A stretch of 64,000 nt of DNA from an uncultured Nitrososphaeraceae archaeon (GCA_963765895.1 CAVXZB010000023.1:128001-192000), one strand, 5' to 3'; positions 11,764 to 23,518 are shown, numbered from the stretch's first letter. The notes: generated from the letters alone by a model not told the origin. A program made the numbers and translations.

Positions 11764-12312
11764 TTATTTATGATGCCTTCTATCAGTCTTGAGTAGAACT
11801 ACCCTGGATGTGGTTTTCAAAGAGGAACTTTTTACACTGGTTTCGATCCCACAACTGACGTCAAGATTATAATGGTTAATTAGATTTTGAGTTATTCGCT
11901 CTAGGCAATATTGAAGTACTTTTAGCTCGTCGTCTGAAATGTCCTTGGTCAAAATTTTTTTGACCGATATGGCACATTCAAACATTGGGTCTAGCAAGGA
12001 TTCGGCTCTTTCAGTAAGATAGAGTCTATTTATACGTCTATCATCAGCGTCCGTTCGTCTTTTCACAAGTCCCTTCCTCTCTAATCGGTCGATCAGTGGT
12101 ATGATGGATGATGCATCTAAACTCAGTTTGTTTGCAATTTCTCTCTGAGTGACTCCGTTTTGGAGGCGAATGATATTAATTGCTCTCCATTGAGCCAGTG
12201 TAACACCTACCCTATTCTGTAATTCTAAATCGAAGGCCTGTTGAACCGTCTTCGATGCCAAAACAATTTTGCGTCCTAAACTACTTTCATAATCGTACTT
12301 GGTTAGTGTCAT
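11764..12312 (-). CDS. MarR-family transcriptional regulator
   Basis: TLAQWRAI...TQREIANKL...IDRLERKGLVKR...DRRINRLYLT. Confidence 0.92.
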   Translation of the reverse strand: MTLTKYDYESSLGRKIVLASKTVQQAFDLELQNRVGVTLAQWRAINIIRLQNGVTQREIANKLSLDASSIIPLIDRLERKGLVKRRTDADDRRINRLYLTERAESLLDPMFECAISVKKILTKDISDDELKVLQYCLERITQNLINHYNLDVSCGIETSVKSSSLKTTSRVVLLKTDRRHHK

Positions 12313-12406
12313 TTAATAATAATAAATATAGTATCAGATCGGATATAAAACATTTTAAGACTTATATATTATTATAGTGTATACAATAATTTGACATCCA
12401 GTTATA

Positions 12407-12529
12407 TTGTATACTAGTCAGAATCACCATGAGGAAAACAACAGCTCTTATACTTGTGAAGAATGTGCAAATTCATTTGACAGTAAGTCGGAATTAGCTG
12501 ACCACATTCATCGGATGCATGGCCTGTGA
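12407..12529 (+). CDS. C2H2 zinc-finger microprotein (40 aa, not in ORF track)
   Basis: TTG start; YTCEECANSFDSKSELADHIHRMH fits C-x2-C-x3-F-x5-L-x2-H-x4-H. The start codon is uncertain. Confidence 0.75.
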   Translation: MYTSQNHHEENNSSYTCEECANSFDSKSELADHIHRMHGL

Positions 12530-12579
12530 GCTTCGATACATAATAGCGTCATCGTATCAGAAATATTTGTGTGTGACCC

Positions 12580-13824
12580 ATGATTGGTGGCTAGATAATA
12601 AATAAACCATTTTCTACCTCAAGAATTCTTGTAATAGGCTTGGGCCAACTTGGTTTACCAGTAGCAAAATACATCAAGGATCGACGGGATTTGATACATA
12701 TGGTTATGACATAAGTACAAAAGCAATGGATCGTGCACAGAAAATAGCTGGAATAAAAAGGATTGGAGATAGTAATAATAACAATAATAGCTCCAGAAAT
12801 AATGGTAATAGTGCTAGTGTTAGTGTAAGTAGTAGTAGTAGTAATAATAATAATAATAATAATAATAATTATGATGGTAATACTTCCGTTGCATATTATT
12901 TTAGTCAGTTTGATGTCTTTATCATCTGTGTTTCTACACACAAACCAGATGACATGTTTTCTCCACAAATAGATGGTCTATTATCTATAGTTGAAAAGAT
13001 ATCAAAAGAAGCAAAGAATGGAGCACTAGTTTCAATAGAAAGTACTATTCCAAAAGGTACATCAAAGAAGGTATTTGAAATGCTTAATCATAGACTGCAT
13101 GTAGCTCATGCACCTCATCGCTGGTATGCATTAGAACAAGAAGAACACGGTGTCAATCAACTACGAGTACTTGGTGGAGTCTGTCAATGCTGTCTAGATG
13201 TAGCTATGGAGTTTTATGATGGTAGAGTACGAATAAATGGAGAAATAAAGGGTCAAGCATACGGAATAGAAATAGAATCAGAAAAGAAAGGCAATCTAGA
13301 TAATAATAATAATAATAATAGATAAAGAAAATAGTGAAAATAATAATTATGATAACATCGTCATAGATGAAGATGAAGAAGAAGAACAACTACAGCAACA
13401 ACAGGCTACAATAAATCCACACAAAAAGAGCTTGGATATTCGTATGCATGCAGTACCTCAAATAGAAATTGCTGAAATTACAAAGATTGCTGAAAATGCT
13501 CACAGATATCTACAAATAGCATTTGCAGAAGATCTATATCTTTACTGTCAAGCAAATAACATAAACTTTGCAGAACTACGAGATGCACTAAATACAAAAT
13601 GGAATGTGAATATACTTGAACCAAGAGATGGAATAGGTGGTCATTGTCTACCAAAAGATACTAAAATGTTCTTACAATCTTCCAAGTCAATAAGAAGTAA
13701 GATATTGGCGTCAGCAATAGAGGTAGATGAAGATTATAGAAGGTATAGACAGAAGAGGATCACAACTCTCGACCACTATAGTATCTATTCATTACATAAG
13801 GATAGACACAAACTATGCACTTAA
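12580..13824 (+). CDS. Short NDP-sugar dehydrogenase-like protein (UDP-glucose/GDP-mannose dehydrogenase family) with low-complexity inserts; frameshifted
   Basis: ILVIGLGQLG Rossmann motif at about 12625, IICVST, SIESTIPKGT, AEITKIAENAHRY, GIGGHCLPKD. Frame breaks near 12590, 12685 and 13325. May be a pseudogene. Confidence 0.75.
12772..12880 (+). repeat. (AAT)n/(AGT)n microsatellite encoding poly-Asn/Ser
   Basis: agtagtagtagtagtaataataataataataataataataat visible directly; a second (AAT)n tract at about 13300-13320. Confidence 0.9.
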
Positions 13825-14460
13825 TCCTATAATAAGTTGAGACTTACGGATTATGCTTCAAATTTGCTTGGTAGAGTGTATAACCAATGCGTAGTCCAAT
13901 TTCCATCGAAATACCAATTCTAGTCTTTCATTTAAAACTTGTACGCGTATCTACCGATGTTTAACACCTGGATTCAATATTTATTCAGGATTTTAACGAA
14001 TCAATATCCGACAAGTATTAAAAACTGTCCAGTCTGACTGTCAATCCACTTAACATGATATCTCCTGGAGTTAATGCAAAAATATTACCGGATGGCTCCA
14101 AATGCAGATATAGATTAGCCTTTTGTGGAGTCCCAATGTCGAATATTGCGTGTCAAATCTAGTAAAGAAGACCAAGCCATTAAAAAGCCACAGTAGATAA
14201 ATTGTTGCAGGATTAATTGCAGTTCACGGAGGCGCACATTGTGCAAGCATTAGCGTAAAACTATTCTTTCCGGACCTCTTTGTGATTATATAATACATAT
14301 TCGTTCGCTACCGAATGGGTCTAGTACAAACATTTATGGCGAGAAACAAGAATATTGTCCCATCTCGCTAAGCCATTTACTTAAGTGGAAACTGAACGCA
14401 ATACGCAACATATTGCGGACATTTTATGTGGTATCTATCGGATAACGACTATTTGACAGA

Positions 14461-15141
14461 TTAACCAGAGCTCTTGCTGCTGGTCAATTTAAACGAATCA
14501 ATCATTTTTTGTACCGTAGAAAAATCGGAATCAAATTTTGATGGTGAATTCTCATATGTGATGAAGTATACCTTATTTCCGACCATTGTTCCCATCTCTA
14601 ATCCTTTGATATTTTCGCCCTGGTCTGTAAATGAATATATAACTTTGTAGGCGGGAGAGCCAGCTAAGGTAACGCCGTTAAGTGTTGGTTCGCTTGCTGT
14701 GTAATTCTTTAGATCTATTTTGTTGTCAGATATAGAGTCAGACACATACTGTTTTAGGTTCTCGCTGGAATCAACCTTGTCCATCGATACATCGAACGTT
14801 GCTGAGGAACTAGTATCCTTGGGTGAGAACGTAGCTATGTCAGTACTTGAATCACCACTATTATCATTCCCTTCTCCAGGACTCGAACTCCAGCTAGCTG
14901 GGTATTGAATATTTACGCCATACGAATCATTTTTGTAGGTTAAGAGTCCTGGAGGGTTGCTGCTGACGTTGGGAGTGGAGGCTGCAAAAACCGTTCCAGC
15001 TAACTTGTAGGTCATGTTACTAGTTGGTATGCCAATAATGATTAACGTTAAACTAAGGGCACACAGGATGAACAGAACATGTCCGTAATAACGGCTTTGG
15101 AGTTTAACTTTTAACCCATGATTACCTAAAAACAATTCCAC
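14461..15141 (-). CDS. Exported PsbP-related protein
   Basis: TM/signal helix; TYKNDSYGVNIQYPASW, TLAGSPAYKVIY, KVYFITY, VQKMIDSF. Confidence 0.8.
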   Translation of the reverse strand: MELFLGNHGLKVKLQSRYYGHVLFILCALSLTLIIIGIPTSNMTYKLAGTVFAASTPNVSSNPPGLLTYKNDSYGVNIQYPASWSSSPGEGNDNSGDSSTDIATFSPKDTSSSATFDVSMDKVDSSENLKQYVSDSISDNKIDLKNYTASEPTLNGVTLAGSPAYKVIYSFTDQGENIKGLEMGTMVGNKVYFITYENSPSKFDSDFSTVQKMIDSFKLTSSKSSG

Positions 15142-16136
15142 TTAGATCTACTACAAATGAATGAACTTCTTTTTAAATTTTAGGGAACAATAATCTGGGC
15201 CTACAATTAATCCAAATAATACTGGAGATTAATTATCAGTTGAAAAAATACGTCGAATCTTAGAATTATATGTAAGGTTTGGATCTCTCCACTGGATCTG
15301 TTCTTATATTTATGTCGATCTAAGACAGACCATTAAAAATACAAATGTACCAGAGGCATTTCGACTCTCAAGAACCTGGAGAATTTTAATATTCATGACT
15401 AAATATTACCCGCGAACTAACGGATTTGATGTCTGCAATGCGTCGAACGCCACAGATAGTAGTTATATATAAATGTGCAAATACCTAGAGTAAAGCCGAA
15501 CGAATAATATTAAAACGGAATGCGACAATATTGGCATATGCGGCATATGCGATAAGCATCAAGATCATGATGTTATAGATATGCAAGTAAATCAGGTTAG
15601 GTTATTAAACGTAGGCATACCGTTTGGGAGAGAATCTACATTAAGGGACTGATTCAAAATGCACGAAGTGATTCAGGTTTATTATTGGCCGAAGTAATCG
15701 AAGTTGTTAAATTCGGTCATTCAGTAAATTATAAAAATCCCGAGATCTGATTCACTTCTACAAATATTGCAATTTTTCAAATAGGATAATGGAAAAGATG
15801 TCATATGTGAGCAAAGTGATGTTGATTATAGAAATTCATATGCCTATACAGAGGTCAATACAAGTACCAAATTATCTGATCTACTTGAAAAATTATGATA
15901 AGTCCTGTGAAATAATTGCTTCGTGATTGCTGAGCAAATTTCGTAACCTTTCTATTATACAGAACAAGACCGAGGCATATCATTTGTTCGATATCATATA
16001 TTTATTGATACCAGTACCAAACTTTCATATGCAGTAAATAGTCTATTTCTAAGGACGTATTGCACAAGTTTATTCCAGCTCGAAAAGCTATTTATTTGAT
16101 ATTGTCAATGGCTGCATAAGAAGAGTAATGAGCTAA

Positions 16137-16592
16137 ATGATATTTGAAAGGTTAACGCAATATGGGCCTTTCCCGCTACGAATCCTAGCGGGAGTTGCAT
16201 TTATAGCTCACGGTCTACCTAAGCTTTCTAATATCTCAGGTACTGAGCATTTTTTTGCCAATATGGTAGGTTTGCCAGCCTCGCTGGCTCTTCCCATAGG
16301 ATTGCTAGAAGTAGTAGGAGGCATTGTATTACTATTAGGACTGTTGACAAGGATTGCATCAATTCTTCTCATGGTGGAGATGATAGGATCAACAATCGTC
16401 GTCAAGCTACCGAAAGGATTTGTTGGGGGTTACGAACTCGATTTGTTGTTGATGGCTTTGACAATAAGCCTTATACTCACCGGACCAGGCAGATTATCAA
16501 TCGAGTGGAATATCTTACGTAGAGAGATATTTCCTAGGGGAAAGCAGATGATATTACAACAAAAACAAGGACTGTCCAGAGTTACATCGTAA
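16137..16592 (+). CDS. DoxX-family membrane protein
   Basis: LRILAGVAFIAHGLPKL, LEVVGG, GLLTRIA, GYELDL, GPGRLS. Confidence 0.92.
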   Translation: MIFERLTQYGPFPLRILAGVAFIAHGLPKLSNISGTEHFFANMVGLPASLALPIGLLEVVGGIVLLLGLLTRIASILLMVEMIGSTIVVKLPKGFVGGYELDLLLMALTISLILTGPGRLSIEWNILRREIFPRGKQMILQQKQGLSRVTS

Positions 16593-17395
16593 AATGTAGT
16601 TCAAATATGATGGGAATCTATGGCAGCATCTTGAACTGACATTTCGTACCAATTCCAATAGGGACTTTAACATGGATTTTGAACGCGAACCTTGGGGAAT
16701 TCCTCCCGCCATACTTTTAAAAGGATATAAAAAGACAGAACGGAAGCTATGAGTTTTGATCATAAATCATTTTATATTGTGGAAACACAGAGATAGCGGT
16801 TTTATATGGTGTTAGATTCTATATGAGTAAATCAGAGAATGAAAAGATTATTACTATATACAAACGTTGAAAAATTCGAGATTTTATTTTTCTGTAAATG
16901 TACAGCCTTAGGCCCTATTCCTCTGCCTAGGATATTTAAAACTATAGGCGCGTCATTTTACTCTACAGGAGAAAGATATGTTGTTGGTTCAATTTAGATC
17001 CCTTTCACAGCTTTAAGTACCATTGAAGAATTGCGCTGTCGCCACCAGATATCCATGTGAAATTAGCCTAGAAACTGGAATCATTATGCGGATATCAGAA
17101 GTTACTATCTATCTGAGGTTGTGGTAGAACTTAGTTTACTGAATTAATTCGGACCTCCACGTCGACGATGTCGAACTATCAATCTTGGATTTCTCACTAA
17201 AGCCTACTCTACAATACATAGGCTTGTACGTCCTGATAACATGTAATGATTTATTTGGTCTGTTTTTCTATGACTCGTACGTTGTATTATTATCGTTAAG
17301 GTAGTAGATTAAATAGATAGCCTATTATTGAGGGAGATAGAAAATTAATAAAGTATCAATTCAATACGAGGTCTATTTGATCCAGATGTGATTTT

Positions 17396-19033
17396 ATGAA
17401 AGAAGACACTTTTAACAACAAGAAAAATCAAGGAGATAACAAGTTGGGACGTGAGTCATCATCAGATATAAAATCCAGTGTAATAGAACCCACTAAGAAT
17501 ATTAGGACTTCCGTTTGGATTACCATTGCCGTTCTAGGATCTACCATTCTTATCACGATGTATGGTGAGACAATGCTATTACCAGCAATCAGAGATATTA
17601 TACGAGAATTTAATATTTCTTATAGTACATCTTCATGGTTACTTACAGCATATCTCATCTCTGGTGCAGTTGCAACGCCCATCGCCGGCAAGTTGTCTGA
17701 TATATATGGGAGTAAAAAAATGGTTCTATTGATACTAATAATCTATATTACAGGAATTGGTATTGGAGGATTCTCAACTGATCTATCCATCCTTCTTCTA
17801 GCTAGGATAATTCAAGGAATAGGCATTTCCATGTTCCCGATAGCCTTTGGCATAATTCGAGATCAATTACCTAGAGATAAGCTTGCTATAGGAGTTGGTG
17901 TATTTAGCTCAATGTTTGCTGCAGGATCTGTGGTAGGACTAGCCGTTGGTGGAAACGTTATTCAGACTTTTGGCTGGCATGCGACATTTCTTTCAATAAT
18001 CCCTTTTGCAATCAGTCTCTGGATAATTATAAAAATAATCATACCTCATGACAAAAGAGATGCATTAACAGAACCTGGAGACAATAAGTTAAGAACAAAT
18101 AACGATACTGTCAATAGTAAGCTCAGTCCTAGCGACGTTGATATTGTTCGTAGACATAGCGTAAGGCTAGGCCTTGATATAACAGGAGCGATTGCACTGG
18201 CTGCTACGATTGCCTCATTTTTACTAATGTTAACCTATATAGGAAACAGCAGTTACAGTGGCAATAATGGCTCAGCATATCCTACACAGATCATAATAAT
18301 ATTGCTTGCACTATTATCCCTAGGCTCATTGTTTCTATTTATTATCATAGAAAGAAGGGCACAGACACCATTAATTGAGCTTAGTTTAATGCGGAATGGA
18401 ATACTTCTTCCTGCCAATATCCTTATCTTGATTTTTGGAATGACTATGTTTATGGTCTACCAAACTATTCCGATAATGGTAAGAAGTCCACATCCTTTCG
18501 GGTTTGGCGGAAATGCGGTCGAAAGTGCAATGGTACAACTCCCATTCATGATAGTATTTTTGATATTTGCTCCTGCATCTGGATTTATAGTATCCAAGAT
18601 CGGCAATCTTAGACCCACTATTGCAGGTACCATTATAATGACAATCGGTTTTTTCATGCTGTATACGATTCACTCTACAGAATTAACAATTGCCATAGAC
18701 CTAGCTATAGTAGCTATTGGAATTTCTGCAATACAAGTAGGCGCTTTTAATATCACTATGGAGTATACTCCTCGCCAATTTAGCGGAGTATCACTTGGCG
18801 TGTCCGTAGTATTGGTATTGATTGGAAGCGCGATCGGACCCGTTATTGCGGCAACGTATATGCAGACTCATCAGTCGCTTGCAAGAGGAGTCATCAGTGG
18901 TTTCTTTCCTTCACCGATATCATATAATCTGATATTCCTTACTGCATCCTTGATTTCAATTATATCTATTGGGCTCGTCCTGGTATTAAGGCATAAGATG
19001 GTACAAGCTGCAACTGCAGCAGTAAAGTCATAG
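17396..19033 (+). CDS. MFS transporter (DHA2-like, about 14 TM)
   Basis: Motif A GKLSDIYGSK, ARIIQGIG, many TM helices. Confidence 0.93.
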   Translation: MKEDTFNNKKNQGDNKLGRESSSDIKSSVIEPTKNIRTSVWITIAVLGSTILITMYGETMLLPAIRDIIREFNISYSTSSWLLTAYLISGAVATPIAGKLSDIYGSKKMVLLILIIYITGIGIGGFSTDLSILLLARIIQGIGISMFPIAFGIIRDQLPRDKLAIGVGVFSSMFAAGSVVGLAVGGNVIQTFGWHATFLSIIPFAISLWIIIKIIIPHDKRDALTEPGDNKLRTNNDTVNSKLSPSDVDIVRRHSVRLGLDITGAIALAATIASFLLMLTYIGNSSYSGNNGSAYPTQIIIILLALLSLGSLFLFIIIERRAQTPLIELSLMRNGILLPANILILIFGMTMFMVYQTIPIMVRSPHPFGFGGNAVESAMVQLPFMIVFLIFAPASGFIVSKIGNLRPTIAGTIIMTIGFFMLYTIHSTELTIAIDLAIVAIGISAIQVGAFNITMEYTPRQFSGVSLGVSVVLVLIGSAIGPVIAATYMQTHQSLARGVISGFFPSPISYNLIFLTASLISIISIGLVLVLRHKMVQAATAAVKS

Positions 19034-19275
19034 TTATTTAGTACCTGTAGGAACATCGAAAATCAATGGTCCATTGCGCAGAGAACATACATCATAATCC
19101 TTCACTTATTGTCCACCTCTGAAATCGCTTGAAATAAGTGTGGACAAGTAGGAATTCAGATTTAGGAGAAAATGCAATCTACTCCTATAAATCCACGTTC
19201 ATAGATTAGCCGAAACATTTAGTCTCCAGTCACTTTGAACCTAGATGAAAAACATATCTGTTAGTGGTGGTGATA

Positions 19276-20208
19276 TTAATGCTTGTGTAAGTGCTCATCA
19301 GTATGTATATGTGGATGTGTATGTTTCATCAAGCCATGTGAATGCAAATGATAAGCCTTACGAATGAACGCATATAAGGAACTAATACCAAATGCACCAG
19401 CCCCGAACAGGACGATTGTAGCACCAGACGCAGAATCAAAAAAGAAGCTGGTATACATACCCAGGAAGGCTGTCCCAATACCAATCACGGACGAGAGAAC
19501 AATCATCCTAAGGAAATTGTTCGTAAGCATTCTAGCAGAGATTGCTGGCGCTACGATAGCTGCGGCTAGCAAAGTTACCCCGATACTATTCATTGAGGCT
19601 ATTACAACAAGAGCAAGAACTAGTGCAAAAGCCATTTCAAGGATTTCGGTTCTTATCCCATACACTGTGGCAGTTTCGCTATCGAACGAGACAAATAATA
19701 ACCTCTTTTGGAAGAAAAAGATAAAAATGACTGTCAGTATTGAAACTAGGATAATAACTATTAGGTCTTGATCGGATATACCAAGGATGTTACCAAATAG
19801 AATAGCTTCAAAGTTCCGATGAAAGCTCTGTGCGGCAGTAATGAATAGCACTCCTATCGCAAATCCAGCTGTTGTTACGACACCAATTGCAGCATCAGCC
19901 TTTATCTTTCTGCGTCTACTAATTTCGTTTATAAGTACTGCAGATAGAAATCCCCAGATGGCTGCTCCAACGTAATAATTAAAGCCAACTACATAACTTA
20001 CTACCGCACCTCCAAATACGGCATGAGACATGCCATGACCGATGTAGCTCATGCCGCGCAACACAATATAAACTCCAAGCAGTCCACACGTGCCTCCTAC
20101 CAGCACGGCAGCAGCGATTCCCCTTGTAAAAAACTGGTACTGGAAGGGGGTTAGGACATCCATGAGTTTATCACTCCGAGGCTCGATTGTTGTAAAGCCC
20201 ACTGCCAT
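19276..20208 (-). CDS. Zn/Mn-type ABC transporter permease (ABC-3) with His-rich tail
   Basis: GHGMSHAVFGG, DAAIG, LFGNIL, ASGATIV; C-terminus HLHSHGLMKHTHPHIHTDEHLHKH. Confidence 0.92.
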   Translation of the reverse strand: MAVGFTTIEPRSDKLMDVLTPFQYQFFTRGIAAAVLVGGTCGLLGVYIVLRGMSYIGHGMSHAVFGGAVVSYVVGFNYYVGAAIWGFLSAVLINEISRRRKIKADAAIGVVTTAGFAIGVLFITAAQSFHRNFEAILFGNILGISDQDLIVIILVSILTVIFIFFFQKRLLFVSFDSETATVYGIRTEILEMAFALVLALVVIASMNSIGVTLLAAAIVAPAISARMLTNNFLRMIVLSSVIGIGTAFLGMYTSFFFDSASGATIVLFGAGAFGISSLYAFIRKAYHLHSHGLMKHTHPHIHTDEHLHKH

Positions 20209-21116
20209 TAGTGTCTACAGGTTCGGAGATCGGAATAATATCATCATTAACCAGCAAATTGTTGGCATCTACTGCCAATCCATATGTTTTTAACAGATTA
20301 TCTGATGTGAGGGATTTATTTGGCGGTCCTTCTGAAATAAGGCGCTTATTAATACACACCACCCAGGGGATACGTTTACCTAGACCAGTAACATCATGCG
20401 TAGTCAGAATTATTGTCATTCCCTTCAAGTTCAAATCAGTTAAAATGCCAAAAATTTTTTCTCGAGTATTGTAGTCTACCCCTGACGTGGGTTCGTCTAA
20501 TATCAGAATTTCTGGATTGCCTATTAACGCTCTGGCTAGAAAAACTCTTTGTTGTTCTCCTCCTGAAAGCTCTCTGATTTGTCTCTTTGCATGCTCAGCT
20601 ATTTCTAGACTGGTAAGCATTTGTTTAATTTTTTCTTTGGTATTTTTATTAAACCATGGATAAATACCCGAGCGATTCCATATGCCCATACCGACCACCT
20701 CAGTCACTGTAACTGGAAAGTTCCAATCAACGCTTTCGATCTGTGGGACGTAGCCAATCGAAAAACAAGGCGTTATCATAAAATTCTTCATAGGATCCAC
20801 CATAGATGAAATCAGTGAAGTTAAGGTAGATTTACCTGTTCTGTTGTTATTCCTATTTCTAGAGCTAAAACTGATATAACCATGCCATGGTCTATGAAGT
20901 CCTATAACAAGCTTCAAAAGAGTTGATTTCCCCGAGCCACTTGGTCCCAATAAGCCAAGGAATCTACCTTTAGGTACGTCGAGGTCTATTCCTTCAAGTA
21001 CCTGGCACATGTGGCTTATAGCCAAACTCCAGATTTCTTATTGTTAGTATAGTTTCAACCTTGCCTGGGCTCGGTTCTATCTTGTCATTATTAAAATGCG
21101 CTGGTTTATAACCCAT
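20171..21116 (-). CDS. Zn/Mn-type ABC transporter ATPase (5' end frameshifted near 21000)
   Basis: GPSGSGKST, GYVPQ, LSGGEQQR, ILDEPT. Upstream frame MGYKP...ILTIRNLEFGY from ATG at 21116. Confidence 0.9.
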
Positions 21117-21254
21117 ATTTCAGATCATTCTTGATGTAATTTATCAGTGATGACATGACCAGTGTTGTAAACATATTAACTGATGATTAGAATGCTTTAG
21201 GAAAATTTGCCTGTCATGCATATTGTGTGGTCCAGGGTTAGTCATTAGATCTTA

Positions 21255-22331
21255 TCAACCATTGCCATGTAAGTATGTGTTGGCAGGATTTATGCTAGTT
21301 AAGGCATTTGTGTTACCACCGAGAGGTATTATCATATCTTCCATATCTTTCAGCATCATTCCCACGTATGTGTGATTGGAATAAGTTGGTTTTCCAGGCA
21401 GGACATCATCGGCCAATGAGGCGACAGATTTCACATTCCCATCTTTGCCAATTTGATCCATTACCTTGCTTGGAAAAACCTCTGAACCAAATATTGCTGA
21501 CACTTTCTCATTTCGTATTTGATCTATCAGTCTTGCTACCTCCTGTGGCTTTGGTTCTCCAAAGTCAGACGGCTGTACTGCACCTATCACGATCATGCCA
21601 TATCGAGGTGCAAAGTATGCCCACGAATCATGATAAGTTAACAATTTCCTATTCGAAGGTGGTATAGTTTGGACAGCATTTTTTATCCCTTCGTCCAATT
21701 TCTTTAATACCGTTATATACTTGTCTGCGTTGGACCTGTAATATACAGCATTTTCTGGATCCATCTGGATTAACTTATTTCTGGTCAGATTAGCATAAAT
21801 CATGGCATTTGCAACATCTAGCCAAAGATGCGGATTAGGATCCCCCTTTCCTTTTGGAAAGCTAAAATCGTAAATCCATTGGTTTCGGTTTATGGTATTA
21901 TCTGCAAGCTTAAGGACTTGCCGACTTGGATTGTGTGCTCTTGACGCGTTTGAAACCTTTTCCACTCCCGACTCCAGATGCAATCCATTAATTATTACTA
22001 GGTCTGCATTCTGTATCTTGACTGCACCAGAAGGGGTCAGTTCAAAAGTGTGAGAGTCAACGCCATCAGGTATTAGTTGAGAAAGTCTAATCTTGTCACC
22101 TCCTATATTCTTCACAATGTTTGCAATAGGAGCAACTGATGTAACGACGTTAAGCATTTTAGTACTTGCAGATTTTCCTGCCTCGGTTAAGCGACTTGAA
22201 TTAAGAGTAACCGTGAACAAACTGCTTTTTAAGTTAGGTGTCATTATCGAATTTGCAATGGCGGAATGACCAACAAGTATTGATATTGTAGATAACATAC
22301 CAATCGTTACTATGAGTCTACAAGATAGCAA
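21255..22331 (-). CDS. TroA/ZnuA-family metal ABC substrate-binding protein
   Basis: DSHTFE, NGLHLE, PNPHLW, YHDSWAYF metal-ligand motifs; N-terminal signal. Confidence 0.93.
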   Translation of the reverse strand: MLSCRLIVTIGMLSTISILVGHSAIANSIMTPNLKSSLFTVTLNSSRLTEAGKSASTKMLNVVTSVAPIANIVKNIGGDKIRLSQLIPDGVDSHTFELTPSGAVKIQNADLVIINGLHLESGVEKVSNASRAHNPSRQVLKLADNTINRNQWIYDFSFPKGKGDPNPHLWLDVANAMIYANLTRNKLIQMDPENAVYYRSNADKYITVLKKLDEGIKNAVQTIPPSNRKLLTYHDSWAYFAPRYGMIVIGAVQPSDFGEPKPQEVARLIDQIRNEKVSAIFGSEVFPSKVMDQIGKDGNVKSVASLADDVLPGKPTYSNHTYVGMMLKDMEDMIIPLGGNTNALTSINPANTYLHGNG

Positions 22332-22353
22332 TTTATATTTGGTGGAGAACCGA

Positions 22354-22383
22354 AGTATTAATAGTTTTATATTTAGTAATATT
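22354..22383. promoter_or_regulatory. Widely spaced inverted repeat over the ABC operon TATA box (candidate NikR-type operator)
   Basis: AGTATTAATA-N10-TAGTAATATT (8/10 complementary) flanking minus-strand TATAAAA. Confidence 0.4.
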
Positions 22384-23050
22384 CACTATTAATTTAATTG
22401 CAAATATTAGTATTCTTCCCCATCCCTATGACTAGTTAGTGACATAACATAAAACTAGACATAATGAGACCTTAATGGCAACTACAAGTTTCGATGATAG
22501 TTGCAGCCAAATTTGATCATGTGAAGGATAGCAATAGGTTCTGTCTGAAGGTTATCGATCCATATAAAAAAAGTTTTTGGCCGCAAGCTGAAATCAATAC
22601 TAAGTAGGATCAAATTTCCAGTCCCGTGTAAATCGGTTTTTGGTAGCATGATGCCTATCGTTTTATTCATCAAAATAAAAATTTCTTGTGGCTGGTAGCC
22701 TATTCGTAATTTTATATTCGCAATGCGTAGGATCTACAAAACAAAATTTGTATTATATGTGAATGTGATTTAATTAATTGTATAAGGTTGTATGCTACCT
22801 CGAGACATTCGATATTAATGGGCTGCATGTGCGTAGCTCTGGCTCAAATCATCTAAAAGTGAGGTCTTGTTATAGTTTACACAGTGCATAATAATGCGAG
22901 GTCCTTCCGATGAGACAACTAAAGGTACAAAGTAGTCCGATAAACTAATCTTCAATTTTATTTGTTAAACTGGATTTTGCATAATGTCGAACAATATAAA
23001 ACCATGTCAAGTACTATTTTCGTAGTCGGTTCAAAAATTGAGTTTTGTGG

Positions 23051-23518
23051 TTAAAATGTGGTTACGAAGTGGAGCTTTAGACTTTTTATACCTCGGTTTT
23101 CTGACAAATACTTGGTTAATTCTTTTATCTTTTTAATTTCTCCTCTTACCATGATAGTTTCCAAGCAATTGTCACCCTGTAGATGTACGTGTGTAGTTGC
23201 GCCTATAATATCTTGATATTCGTGTTGGACCTGTATCGATTTTTCATCCTGATTATAGACATGATTGTCATAGACTATTATAATTGCACCAGCCCCATAC
23301 CGTTTATCGCCAGTATTCCAATCATAATCATTCACAAATGAATGAATTGCGGTCTGGAGCGCTTTAGATCTGTCAGTATAACCAGATTTTAGCATACTCT
23401 TATCAAATTCCACTAATAATTTTGTAGGTAATGACATACTTATTCTAGTGACTGGTTCTCTTTTCTTATGATCGCTAAGTAGATATCTCTTCTTCAAATC
23501 CCATTTCATATTATACAT
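23051..23518 (-). CDS. nikR: NikR-family ribbon-helix-helix metalloregulator
   Basis: RISMSLP..LL.EFD, YTDRSKA, QHEY, HVHL...NCLE nickel-site residues. Confidence 0.85.
   Translation of the reverse strand: MYNMKWDLKKRYLLSDHKKREPVTRISMSLPTKLLVEFDKSMLKSGYTDRSKALQTAIHSFVNDYDWNTGDKRYGAGAIIIVYDNHVYNQDEKSIQVQHEYQDIIGATTHVHLQGDNCLETIMVRGEIKKIKELTKYLSENRGIKSLKLHFVTTF

Noticed and set aside
12591-12968. Poly-Ile/Thr minus-strand ORF (also 13204..13389)
   Set aside because: Antisense shadow of the AAT/AGT microsatellites.
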